Assembly: GCA_014896485.1 (NCBI GenBank)
Contig: JADBKH010000002.1
Coordinates: forward strand, 11,327-75,326
Direction: 5' to 3'
Origin: Bacillota bacterium
Lineage (GTDB): Bacteria > Bacillota > Bacilli > Bu12
DNA: 64,000 bases
Below the pieces are notes generated by a model that was not told the origin of the DNA, made no database searches, and saw nothing but the letters and a program-made list of their open reading frames with translations. This document shows positions 9,381-18,357 of this stretch, piece after piece. A program made the position numbers and the translations under genes. How positions within the stretch are numbered: the stretch's first letter is position 1; each line of letters begins with the position of its first letter.

Positions 9381-10855
9381 GACGCCGTTCCCCTTTCAGG
9401 AGACGCCGTCCACGCAGGGCGCAACTGCGTGCGCTTTGCCCAGGATGTATCGAGTGCGACCAGGTCAGCGCGATCGATCGCCTGCAAGGCGTGTTTGCCC
9501 ATGGATCGTGCCGCCACTTTCATCTCCTCGTTGGCCGCCTGCAGAAAGTTGGTCACCGCGTGGGCGGCCCGATCGACATCCAACTGTGCCGCATGACTGC
9601 CTTGCGCATAGAGCAGCTCCGTCGGTGGCATCTGTGGCAGCAGATCGGGCAGCTGCGGATGGGCCAAAGCCAACAGTGCCGCCGTACCAATGGCGACCAC
9701 ATCCGCGCCCAGGGCGAGCGCCTTGAGAAAATCTTCCGGCGTCAGCAGGCCACCGGAAACAACCAGCGTGACCCGCCCGCGCCACTGGTACTGCTCCCAC
9801 AGCCGCTGTGCACGCAACAGCGCATCGATCAGCGGCAAACCAAACGCATCTTCCATCAACGGTGGCGCACTGACAATGCCCGCCCGCCCGGCATCGAGCG
9901 TCACAAAATCGGCACCGCTGCGGACCACATGCAGCAGCTCCTCCTCGAGGTGCTGCGAAGCCGGCAATTTCACACCAACCGGTACGCCGTTCCCCTGTTC
10001 TTTGAGGGTTCCAAGAAGATCGTCTAGTCCTTGCGGCAGCTGCCATCGAGAGAAGTCTGTCGGTATCACCACCGGATCTTCGGCCCCAAGCCCCATCGCC
10101 CGTCGCGCAGCAGCACCTACCTGCTCCGATGGGATCTCATAGCCGTAAGCGCCCCAGGCCCCTGTGCCGAGTTGCACTTCAATGGCATCGGCCCCACGGA
10201 TCCGATCCGCCCCTTGCGTCCACGGCGGACGACCCACCTGCACCATCAGACGCGCAGCAACCTGGCGCTCTTCGGGCAAAAGCGGACCCAGCCCCGAATT
10301 GCTCGCTGTACCTGCCGTCGAAGCACCCTTGGCCAAGGCGATGCGTGCAGGACGGGAGAGGGCAACACCGTAACCCATCCCGCTGATGTAGACCGGCAGT
10401 TCAAGGGTCAAAGGGCGCGCGCTGAGGGGGCCTACGATCACGCTGCTGTCGATCGGAGCGTCGACCGGCAACGGTCGCCGGTCCAAGACCGCTGCAGCGA
10501 AAGCGATCTTTTGAAAACCGAGTGGCTGGTGCGGCGTACCTATCGGCCGCTCGATAGTATGACCATCCGAAGCAGCCCGCAATTCCGTCTCCAAGATCCG
10601 CTGCCAGCCACTTCGGCGAAGCACATGGATCATTTCGAAGCGGTTGTGCTCATAGGGTGCCCGTGTGAGATGACGGGCCACTCCTCGAAGCGGTCCACGC
10701 AACAGCATCATCGACCATCCGGGCAAAAGCATTGGAAGTGCAAAAAAGAGGGCACTGCCGATCAGTACCCCCGCCATGCTGCCAAGTAGGAGAACGATCG
10801 AGATCTGCATGGGCGTAGTTTGCTTCCATTGGCAAGCTTTCACACATCCGCCCAT
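9377..10855 (-). CDS. Membrane-anchored FMN-binding glutamate-synthase-domain protein (YerD-like), paralogue A
   Basis: Same architecture as 7830..9380 and roughly 50 percent identical by eye (ISGMGYGVALS, GVKLPAS, FVTLDAGRAGIVSAPP, SGGLLTPEDFLKALALGADVVAIGTA). Begins 12-57 nt after the nrdB stop, depending on the start chosen (10855 or ATG 10810). Confidence 0.8.
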   Translation of the reverse strand: MGGCVKACQWKQTTPMQISIVLLLGSMAGVLIGSALFFALPMLLPGWSMMLLRGPLRGVARHLTRAPYEHNRFEMIHVLRRSGWQRILETELRAASDGHTIERPIGTPHQPLGFQKIAFAAAVLDRRPLPVDAPIDSSVIVGPLSARPLTLELPVYISGMGYGVALSRPARIALAKGASTAGTASNSGLGPLLPEERQVAARLMVQVGRPPWTQGADRIRGADAIEVQLGTGAWGAYGYEIPSEQVGAAARRAMGLGAEDPVVIPTDFSRWQLPQGLDDLLGTLKEQGNGVPVGVKLPASQHLEEELLHVVRSGADFVTLDAGRAGIVSAPPLMEDAFGLPLIDALLRAQRLWEQYQWRGRVTLVVSGGLLTPEDFLKALALGADVVAIGTAALLALAHPQLPDLLPQMPPTELLYAQGSHAAQLDVDRAAHAVTNFLQAANEEMKVAARSMGKHALQAIDRADLVALDTSWAKRTQLRPAWTASPERGTAS

Positions 10856-10867
10856 CGGAAACAGCCG

Positions 10868-11902
10868 CTACAACTCTCCCCACTGTGGCCCGCTCGCTTT
10901 GGCATAATTGAGCACACGCTGCTCGAAAAAGTCGACTTTTTGCTCGTTGAGGTTGGCAAAACGCGTCAGCCATGGCAGCGGATGTTCCATCTGCTGCGGA
11001 AAAAGTGGCGACAATCCCAGCCGATGCAGCCGGTCATTGGCCAGATAGCGCACATATGCCGCCACTGTTTCTGCGGTCAAGCCAGCGATCCCCTCGCCGA
11101 GCACGTGCGCGCTCCAGGTGGTCTCATGCTCGACTGCAGCTGCCGCCATCTGGCGCAGGTTCTCCTGCATTTCTGGCGTAAACAGCTGTGGCTCTTCCCG
11201 AAACAACTCCCGCAAGATGTTTTGGAAAAGCACCAAGTGGATCCGTTCGTCGCGGTTGATGTATTGGATGATGGAGACTGTTCCGCCCATCTTGCCCCTG
11301 CGCCCCAAGCCGTAGAAGAAAGCAAAGCCACTGTAGAAGTAGAGACCTTCCAACAGGAAGTTGGCCATCAGCGTATGCACCAAGTTTTCTTCTGTCGGCT
11401 GTACGACAAACTGCTGGTATTGGTCGGTAATCAAGCGGTTTCGAGTGAGGAGAAGCGGATCGTCCCGCCACAAGTTGTAGATGGCATCGCGGCGTGCTTG
11501 CGGAACGACTGAGTCGACGATATAGGCGTAGCTTTGGGCGTGCACCGCTTCCTGAAAATCCTGTACCGCCAAGACCAGGTTGACTTCGGGGGCTGTGATG
11601 ACGGCACTGATATTGGGAAGGTTGTGCACCTGTAGGCTGTCCATGAAGATGACAAACGAGAGCACCCGATCATAGGCGGTCCGCTCCGCTTCGGTCAATT
11701 GCTCGTATTGCAGGGCATCGTGGGTTAGGCTGATCTCTTCGGGAATCCAAAAGTTTTGCATCATGGTGCGGTAGAGGCGATAGGCCCAGGCATACTTCAC
11801 GTTGTTGAGTTCGATCAGGTTGGTCGGATGCCCATGGATCATCCGTCGCCGCTGCGCATCACGTTCTCCCTGTTCGTTAAAAAGCGGCTTTTTCTCCAGC
11901 AT
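10868..11902 (-). CDS. nrdB: Class I ribonucleotide reductase beta (R2) subunit
   Basis: NFWIPEEISL. Metal/radical motifs are D (FMDSLQV), EAVHAQSY (E-x-x-H-x-x-x-Y), LLEG and RDERIH. ATG at 11902 follows AGGGGGTG; the track start at 11935 is over-extended. Confidence 0.9.
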   Translation of the reverse strand: MLEKKPLFNEQGERDAQRRRMIHGHPTNLIELNNVKYAWAYRLYRTMMQNFWIPEEISLTHDALQYEQLTEAERTAYDRVLSFVIFMDSLQVHNLPNISAVITAPEVNLVLAVQDFQEAVHAQSYAYIVDSVVPQARRDAIYNLWRDDPLLLTRNRLITDQYQQFVVQPTEENLVHTLMANFLLEGLYFYSGFAFFYGLGRRGKMGGTVSIIQYINRDERIHLVLFQNILRELFREEPQLFTPEMQENLRQMAAAAVEHETTWSAHVLGEGIAGLTAETVAAYVRYLANDRLHRLGLSPLFPQQMEHPLPWLTRFANLNEQKVDFFEQRVLNYAKASGPQWGEL

Positions 11903-11958
11903 CGCACACCCCCTGTTGGTACTTCGCGCACGCATCCTTCGTCACCATCCGTCAGGGC

Positions 11959-14250
11959 CTATCCCGCACAGCTTTCGCAGCTGTCGTCAACAGTCAGGCT
12001 TTGACTGCGCAAGTAGTAGACGGTCTTGAGCCCCTCTTGCCAAGCCAACTGGTACAGCTCGAGCAACGTCTGAGCGGAAATCTGTGGGGTGACATAGAGA
12101 TTGATCGACTGCGATTGATCGAGATGACGCTGCCGCACGGCAGCGGCGCGGATCGACCAGCGCTGATCGATCTGGTGCGCCGGCTTGTACAGCCAAAAAT
12201 TTTCGGGGGAAAGACCCGGAGCGACCTGAGGCAACACCTCTCCTTTCTTCTCTTCGAGATAGAAACGCGCGAAAATCGGATCGACAGAGGCGGTGGTCCC
12301 GGCGATCACCGAGATGGAGGAGGTTGGTGCCACAGCGAGCAGGTAGCCGTTGCGCAATCCAAATTGCCGTACATGCGCTCGCAGCGATTGCCAGCGCGCA
12401 TCGACATAGCCATGGCGTTCAAAGTAAGCACCGCTCTGCCACTCGCTGCCCCCAAAAAGGGGATAAGAGCCACGCGCTTTTGCCAGATCACAGGAAGCGT
12501 CGATCGCCTCGAAAGCAAGTTGAGCAAAGAGCCGTTCGGCCTCCTGCAGGTGCGCCTCTGACTCCCAGGGAATGCCGCGCTGGGCCAAATACTGGTGGTA
12601 GCCCATCACCCCCAGCCCCACCGCTCGATAGCGTTGTGCCGTCAGTTTCGCTTGGGGAAGGGGATACGCATTGAGATCGATCACATTGTCGAGCATGCGT
12701 ACCGCGACCTTTACCACGTGCGAGAGCGCCTGTGGATCCGTGATTTTGCCCAGGTTGATCGAAGCCAAGTTGCAGACCACAAAATCTCCTGAAGCAAGCC
12801 GCGTGGTAATGGTCCCCTCTACTGAGGCTTGTGTCCCGATCTCCCGTGTCGGCGAGGTATTCTGCGCAATCTCGGTGCACAGGTTGCTCGCATAGATCTG
12901 CCCGGCGTGTTTGTTCGGATTGTCACGCTGTACGGTATCCCGGAAGAAGAGAAACGGTGTTCCCGTCTCGTAGGCGCTTTTAAGGAGGGCTTTCATCAAG
13001 TCGATGGCAGGCAACACCCGCCGAGGCAAGTTGGGCGCGGCGATGCAACGTCGATAATGGGCTTCGAACGCTTCGCCAAAAAACATCTCCAACGACCAGC
13101 CAAATCGCCGGCGAACCTCGTCGGGATCAAACAGGTACCAATCGCCCCGTTCGGCAACCGTGCGCATGAACAGATCGGGGATGGCCACACTGGTAAAGAC
13201 GTCATGGGCTTTCAACCGTGGATCCCCGTTGTTGGTCTTCAGCTCCAAAAACGCCTCGATGTCGGGATGCCAGATATCCAGCGTGACCGTCACTGCCCCC
13301 TTGCGCATGCCCAACTGATCGACTGCAATTGTCGTCTCATCGAAGCAGCGCACCCAAGGCACGACACCCGCCGCAACGCCTTGCTGCCCTCGGATCGCTG
13401 CCCCGCGCCCCCGTACACTGCCCAGATAGATACCCATACCGCCACCGTTTTTGGAGACCTGCGCAAAGGCAGCATTGCTGCGGTAGATCGACGCCAAGTC
13501 ATCTTCAACGGCATCGATAAAGCAAGAGGCCAGCTGGGCACGCGGACGCCTGGCGTTGGCCAACGTCGGTGTCGCCGGCAGCAGGCAGAGGGTGCTCATG
13601 ACATCGTAGAAGCGTTTCGCCCACAAAACGCGGTCCTGCTCGTGCAGGGCCAAGTAAGCAGCCACCCCCATCCACGCTTCTTGGGGGAGCTCCCAGGCTT
13701 TACCTGCTGGGTCGTGGATCAGGTAGCGATCGGCCAAAGTATGCAGACCTGCGTAGGTAAAGAGCCGGTCGCGTTCGGGTACCATGGCCTGCCCCAACGC
13801 TATCAGCTCCTCGGGCGAATAGGTCTGCAGGATCACGGGATGATAGCATCCTGCAGCTGTCCATGCTTGGACATGCGTCAAGAAATCGCCATAACCGCGC
13901 CTTCCGCCGCGAAGGGGGGCTGCTTCACAGAAGAGTGCTTCCAAAAAAAGGCGGGCGGCCCAAAACGTCCATTGCGGCTGATCGACCGACGTCCGCTCAG
14001 CAGCGACCTGGGCCAATGCCCGCCACAGCGCTGCCTCGTCGTCATTCGGCAAAAACAAGGCTCTGGCATCGGACAGCAACGCCTTGCAATCTTCTGCCGT
14101 ACATTCCGGCAGTTGTGCGTGGATCGCCTGGAGCCAGGCCTCCTGTAGGCTACGTGAATCTTTTGCGTCCAAAGAGGAGCTAAGGGGTAAAAGAGGACGT
14201 GAAGAGATACTGGCGGTGGCGTTTTCACCGCGGATCTCGATGGTGGACAC
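11959..14250 (-). CDS. nrdA: Class I ribonucleotide reductase alpha (R1) subunit, without an ATP-cone
   Basis: Long R1 homology (NLCTEI, C-terminal CESC redox pair). GTG at 14250 follows GAGGAGGG, directly downstream of the riboswitch. The N-terminus carries no ATP-cone motif (NrdE-like length). Confidence 0.9.
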   Translation of the reverse strand: MSTIEIRGENATASISSRPLLPLSSSLDAKDSRSLQEAWLQAIHAQLPECTAEDCKALLSDARALFLPNDDEAALWRALAQVAAERTSVDQPQWTFWAARLFLEALFCEAAPLRGGRRGYGDFLTHVQAWTAAGCYHPVILQTYSPEELIALGQAMVPERDRLFTYAGLHTLADRYLIHDPAGKAWELPQEAWMGVAAYLALHEQDRVLWAKRFYDVMSTLCLLPATPTLANARRPRAQLASCFIDAVEDDLASIYRSNAAFAQVSKNGGGMGIYLGSVRGRGAAIRGQQGVAAGVVPWVRCFDETTIAVDQLGMRKGAVTVTLDIWHPDIEAFLELKTNNGDPRLKAHDVFTSVAIPDLFMRTVAERGDWYLFDPDEVRRRFGWSLEMFFGEAFEAHYRRCIAAPNLPRRVLPAIDLMKALLKSAYETGTPFLFFRDTVQRDNPNKHAGQIYASNLCTEIAQNTSPTREIGTQASVEGTITTRLASGDFVVCNLASINLGKITDPQALSHVVKVAVRMLDNVIDLNAYPLPQAKLTAQRYRAVGLGVMGYHQYLAQRGIPWESEAHLQEAERLFAQLAFEAIDASCDLAKARGSYPLFGGSEWQSGAYFERHGYVDARWQSLRAHVRQFGLRNGYLLAVAPTSSISVIAGTTASVDPIFARFYLEEKKGEVLPQVAPGLSPENFWLYKPAHQIDQRWSIRAAAVRQRHLDQSQSINLYVTPQISAQTLLELYQLAWQEGLKTVYYLRSQSLTVDDSCESCAG

Positions 14251-14283
14251 GGTTTTCCCTCCTCGGGGTCTACGTGCACGCAC

Positions 14284-14450
14284 GGGCAGGTCTTCGGACT
14301 TCGGTTCCTCCTCAGAAGACGCCTTCCCAAAGCATCGCTTCAGTGGCTGCCAAGCGCTTGCCGCTTGCCTTCCTCGTCCCCGTCACCGCAGCGGGACTGT
14401 GCCGGATTCTCACCGGCTTCCCTGTTGGGCCCATCCTTTTTGGGCACCCG
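14284..14450 (-). promoter_or_regulatory. Cobalamin (adenosylcobalamin/B12) riboswitch in the nrdA leader
   Basis: The minus-strand RNA reads GGGUGCCC...AACAGGGAAGCCGGUGAGAAUCCGGCACAGUCCCGCUGCGGUGA...GCCACUG-N12-GGGAAGGC...AGUCCGAAGACCUGCC. These match the conserved core, the GCCACUG/GGGAAGGC junction and the B12 box of the cobalamin riboswitch family. Confidence 0.85.
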
Positions 14451-14454
14451 CGCG

Positions 14455-14501
14455 CCACTAGATATTGTGGTTTTTTGCAAGCATGGCACTAGATACAGGA
14501 G
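14455..14501 (-). promoter_or_regulatory. Tandem NrdR boxes (operators of the RNR repressor NrdR)
   Basis: Box 1 (14455..14470) reads CCACAATATCTAGTGG on the minus strand and is near-palindromic, about 12/16 to the acaCwAtATaTwGtgt consensus. Box 2 (14486..14501) reads CTCCTGTATCTAGTGC, with only the right half conserved. The start-to-start distance of 31 bp is the usual tandem NrdR spacing. Confidence 0.6.
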
Positions 14502-14508
14502 TTGTCAA
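14480..14508 (-). promoter_or_regulatory. Putative sigma-A promoter of the nrd operon
   Basis: On the minus strand: perfect -35 TTGACA (14503..14508), 17-nt spacer, then a weak -10 CATGCT preceded by TGC (extended -10-like). NrdR box 2 overlaps the spacer. Confidence 0.4.
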
Positions 14509-15714
14509 GACCATTGGATATACCCCGGGCGACTTCTTGCGACGGAAAAAACGCAGTCTCCTCCTTTCCGAGTGCGCTGATCAAGTCGGTCAAAAGCTCA
14601 GAACGACGGGAGAGCGAAGCGATCTCGATCCACTCGTCCAGGGTATGCGCTGCTCCTCCACAAGCGCCCATGCCATCCAAGGTAGGCGCAAAAAGAGCTG
14701 TAAAATTCCCATCCGCCCCCCCCTTCAACTGCAACCCCTTGCAAGTGTTCACCCCGCGCAACGGCCACTGCTTCTGCGCATGCGAACAATTGACGGTCGC
14801 GTAAAGAAGGCTGCCATACCGGTCGATTTACCCCACCTTCGACTTGCAGACGGGCACGTGGATCGGTCGGCTTCAGACAATGAAGGGCGGTCATGACGCG
14901 ATCAACCTCGTCTTGGGAGGCCAAGCGAAGATCAACCCATGCATCGGATTGGGCCGCGATCGTGTTGACCGTCGTTCCCCCACTGATCTGTCCCACGTTG
15001 ATCAACGTACCTCTCTCCGGGGCAGCCAAAGCGACCAATTCGCAGATCAATTGTGCCAACTGGTGAATCGCTGAAACGCCCTGGGCAGCATCGTTGCCGG
15101 CATGAGCTGCGATACCGTCGACATGCAAGTGAACACGCCCCACGCCACGCCGCCCCAACTTGAGCGCACCCTTTTCTGTCGCACCTTCCATCACCAGCAC
15201 AGCGCGGGCTTGTCGTGCCGATGCTTCGATCAGCCCGCGATTCTCTTTGCTACCGATCTCTTCATCTGCAGTGATGAGCAACTGCATCGGTGGCGGCCAT
15301 CGCTGGGGAAGTGACAATTACCTGTTTAAGGGCCTCCATCGCCATCACCAGACCCGATTTATCATCGAAAACCCCCGGCCCAAACGCACGCCGATCCTTT
15401 ATCCGCCACGGTGCCAGTTTGAGACTGCCGAGCGGGTGTACGGTATCCAAATGGGCCAGCAGCAGGATGGGACGATCCGCCGGAGAACCGTACAGATACG
15501 AGAGGGTATCGCCGACAGACTGCCGAGAAATGCGGGTGAGTTGCCCACCCCACCGCTCGGCAAACCCCTGCAGCGTACGTTGCACCTCGTCAACCAGACG
15601 ATCGGTAGCCTACTTATCGGTACTGGGGCGCTCGATCTTCGCCCAAGAAGCCAGTTGTGCAAGCATCTGCGTTGTTTTCTCCCCATCATCTACGAGCATC
15701 TGTCCTTTGCTCAT
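14489..15714 (-). pseudogene. Disrupted M20-family metallopeptidase (carboxypeptidase G2 / N-acyl-L-amino-acid amidohydrolase-like)
   Basis: The homology is split over three frames (track ORFs 15262..15585, 14598..15317, 14489..14761). There is also an in-frame TAG at 15610..15612, inside the expected ...IERPSTDK*ATDRLVDEV region. Family motifs are present: LLLAHLDTVHP, GVFDDKSG, ITADEEIGS, GGADGNFTA, TLDGMGACGGAAHTLDE. Confidence 0.8.
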
Positions 15715-15735
15715 CCCCTTCCCTCGAATGTTTCT

Positions 15736-16611
15736 CTATGCACCCCGATGTTCAAACAAATACTGTCGCAACCGAGGCTCTCCCGCAACTGGCAGCAGTG
15801 CCACTGCCTGCATACCACCTGCGAACAGGCAAGACATTGCTTCCCGCAATGCCATGCGCCAGGCCAGCGCAACAGAAGGTGAGTGTGCCCGTATCTCATC
15901 AATGTCTGTGCAGACTAAGACGCCTATGCGATTCGCCTGTAGCATTTGTTGTTCTATCCATTGGACATCGGATTGGCAAGGTAGTGGGAAGATACGGGTA
16001 TCAACATCGAAAGCCTGAGGTAACTCCACAGCATCAAGGGGGTTGGGTGCTGTTGTGGGAACTTCACGCAACTCCGTTTGTGGAACGACATGCCAAGAAA
16101 CGATCATCCGATCCGAAAGAAGTCCTTGGTTGGCTGGATCGTGACGCTGACCGTAGAGATCCTTGACATACTCAATACCCACTGCGCCCAGTTTGTTGAG
16201 ATTGAGATGCGCATTGCGCGCCCGCAAGGGATCAAAGCTCCACCGGATTTCGGTGTAGCCATTCTCCAATACCCATTGGTACTGCACCCGCCTCAACTGT
16301 TCGCCAATACCCCGATCTCGCAGTTTGGGATCTACGGCCAGCCGTTGTGACCACAGGTAGACCGCATCTTTCTTGCGGCCGGGAAAAGCATACGAAAGGC
16401 CGACCGGTCTGTCCCGAATGAAAGCCGCCAGTACCAGTCCACCGTTGTGCACTGCAGCAGTCATCTGGCTGGCAGGAACGCGCTCCTCACTGCCCCACGC
16501 TTCTTCCTGAAGGCGCTGCAAGGCCTCCATCTGCTCGGCACCTTGGAGCTCAACGATCTCGATCTCTGCCACCGTCTGCCGAATCGTGATGCGGTGACGC
16601 GTATCGATCAT
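15736..16611 (-). CDS. GNAT-family N-acyltransferase with an additional C-terminal domain
   Basis: Acyl-CoA-binding motif QRLAVDPKLRDRGIGEQL. The ATG at 16611 overlaps the ilvE TGA (ATGA coupling). The track start at 16653 is less likely. Confidence 0.7.
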   Translation of the reverse strand: MIDTRHRITIRQTVAEIEIVELQGAEQMEALQRLQEEAWGSEERVPASQMTAAVHNGGLVLAAFIRDRPVGLSYAFPGRKKDAVYLWSQRLAVDPKLRDRGIGEQLRRVQYQWVLENGYTEIRWSFDPLRARNAHLNLNKLGAVGIEYVKDLYGQRHDPANQGLLSDRMIVSWHVVPQTELREVPTTAPNPLDAVELPQAFDVDTRIFPLPCQSDVQWIEQQMLQANRIGVLVCTDIDEIRAHSPSVALAWRMALREAMSCLFAGGMQAVALLPVAGEPRLRQYLFEHRGA

Positions 16612-17558
16612 ACTATCGCCGCCTTGGCCACTTTGTAGCAAGGTGTCAGCCAAGAAAAATACTCCTTGCGCTTACCATGAATGACGTCGCTATACAAATG
16701 CTGCAATTTGGAAGTCAGTGAGCCAATCGTACCGTCACCGATCGATCGCTCGTCAATCTCGATGACTGGCGTGATCTCTGCACCACTGCCGGTCAAAAAG
16801 ACCTCATCCGCCACGTACAGCTCCGTGCGATCGACGGCGCGTTGTTCCACCTCCCTCCCCCACTCTTGCGCGACCAACTCGATGACTGTGCGGCGTGTGA
16901 TACCTTCCAGAATGTTCTGATCGGCGGAAGGAGTAATCAGTTTCCCGTCTTTGACCAAAAAGAGGTTTTCACCGCTTCCTTCGGCCACCTTCCCGGCAGC
17001 ATTGAGAAAGATGCACTCGTCGTAGCCACGCTCCACCGCCTCGGTCTTGGCCAAGGCTGAATTGATGTAGATACCGGTGATCTTGGCCCGAGCCGGGGCC
17101 ATATTGTCGTCGACCCGACGCCAAGACGAAATCGCGCAACGAATGCCTGTCTTCACATCCATGTAGCGCCCCATCGGGTTGACCGAAATGGCGTAACCAT
17201 CTTCTAAAGCAGTCATCACCAACGCTTTGGAGGTGATCTGTTCACTTGCCTTATAAGCCAACGGACGCATATGGACATCCTCGCGAAAACCGTTGCGGCG
17301 GACTACCTCACAGGCAATATCGACAAGCTCGCTGACGGTATAGGGGATGCGCATTCGGGCAATCTTGGCTGAGCGCAACTGTCGCTCAAAATGTTCCTGC
17401 AATCGAAAGAGGTAGAGCTCTTCTTCTTCATCGTTCCAATAGCCGCGGATTCCCTCGAACACGCCCATCCCCCTTCCGGCCAACGCCGAATCAACGTTGA
17501 CTACAGCTTGCGTGTGGGGCAGGTACGCGCCGTTTTGAAAATAAATCAGATCTGCCAA
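16608..17558 (-). CDS. ilvE: Branched-chain-amino-acid aminotransferase (PLP fold type IV)
   Basis: GVFEGIRGY, RPL(A)Y, AKITGIYINSALAKTEA, ENLFLVKDGKLITP, GITRRTVIEL, EVFLTGSGAEITPV. TTG at 17558 is preceded by AAGGAGGAG. The track start at 17738 is over-extended into the upstream gene. Confidence 0.9.
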   Translation of the reverse strand: MADLIYFQNGAYLPHTQAVVNVDSALAGRGMGVFEGIRGYWNDEEEELYLFRLQEHFERQLRSAKIARMRIPYTVSELVDIACEVVRRNGFREDVHMRPLAYKASEQITSKALVMTALEDGYAISVNPMGRYMDVKTGIRCAISSWRRVDDNMAPARAKITGIYINSALAKTEAVERGYDECIFLNAAGKVAEGSGENLFLVKDGKLITPSADQNILEGITRRTVIELVAQEWGREVEQRAVDRTELYVADEVFLTGSGAEITPVIEIDERSIGDGTIGSLTSKLQHLYSDVIHGKRKEYFSWLTPCYKVAKAAIV

Positions 17559-17574
17559 GGAAATCTCCTCCTTT

Positions 17575-18357
17575 TCAAGTGGCCAATGCCAGCGTCGAAG
17601 CTGGTCGGCTTCGGTAAAGATCACGCAATTTTTCCTCACTGACTTCACGTTTCTGAGCGGCATCGAGATCGACCAGAACCCGTCCCCTCTCCATGGCGAC
17701 CAGGCGGTCTCCATACGCCAACGCATACGGGATCTCATGGGTAACCATTAACGCCGTCAAATGCTCTTCGCGAATCAAGGACTCGGTGAGCGCCATCACG
17801 CGATCGGCCGTCTCCGGATCGAGATTGGCCACATGTTCATCGAGTAGGAGCAGTTTGGGATGGGTGAGCGTCGCCATCAGTACGCTCAGGCTCTGCCGCT
17901 GACCGCTAGAGAGTTGTTCCATAGGCCGGTCCAAATGAGCTTCCAGGCCCAATCCCAAGCGAGCAACCTGATCACGAATGTGTTTTCGCTCCTCTGCTTT
18001 CAAATACCATCCCAAGCCATGGAACTCACCTCTACGTAAGGCCACAGCAAAATTTTCTGCAACCGTCAGATTCCCACAGGTGCTTTCAGCAGCATTGGCA
18101 AATACACGAGCGATCCAGCGCGCCCGACGGACCTCCGACCAATGCGTCACTTCTTTTCCTGCGATGCAGATGCGACCACTCGTCGGTACTAACGTACCAG
18201 CAAGAACATTGAGCAGGGTGGACTTACCCGCGCCATTGTTGCCCACGACGGTCACAAAGCACCCTTCGGGTATGGAGAGACTCACCTGATCCAACGCCTG
18301 CAAGGTGGAACCGTCGCCGTAATGAAAGCGCACACTGATCTGCTCCAGCTCAACCAT
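17575..18357 (-). CDS. ABC transporter ATP-binding protein
   Basis: Walker A GNNGAGKST, signature LSSGQRQ, Walker B LLLLDEH. The ATG at 18357 overlaps the permease stop by 8 nt. Confidence 0.9.
   Translation of the reverse strand: MVELEQISVRFHYGDGSTLQALDQVSLSIPEGCFVTVVGNNGAGKSTLLNVLAGTLVPTSGRICIAGKEVTHWSEVRRARWIARVFANAAESTCGNLTVAENFAVALRRGEFHGLGWYLKAEERKHIRDQVARLGLGLEAHLDRPMEQLSSGQRQSLSVLMATLTHPKLLLLDEHVANLDPETADRVMALTESLIREEHLTALMVTHEIPYALAYGDRLVAMERGRVLVDLDAAQKREVSEEKLRDLYRSRPASTLALAT

Noticed and set aside
12829-14148. 439-aa plus-strand ORF, one of many 100-280-aa ORFs antisense to annotated genes (others include 15160..15882, 25137..25997, 26419..27465, 48120..48878, 49945..50754, 56384..57232)
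   Set aside because: They lie antisense to genes with strong family homology and have Arg/Pro/Gly/His-rich low-complexity translations with no motifs. These are typical shadow ORFs of GC-rich DNA.
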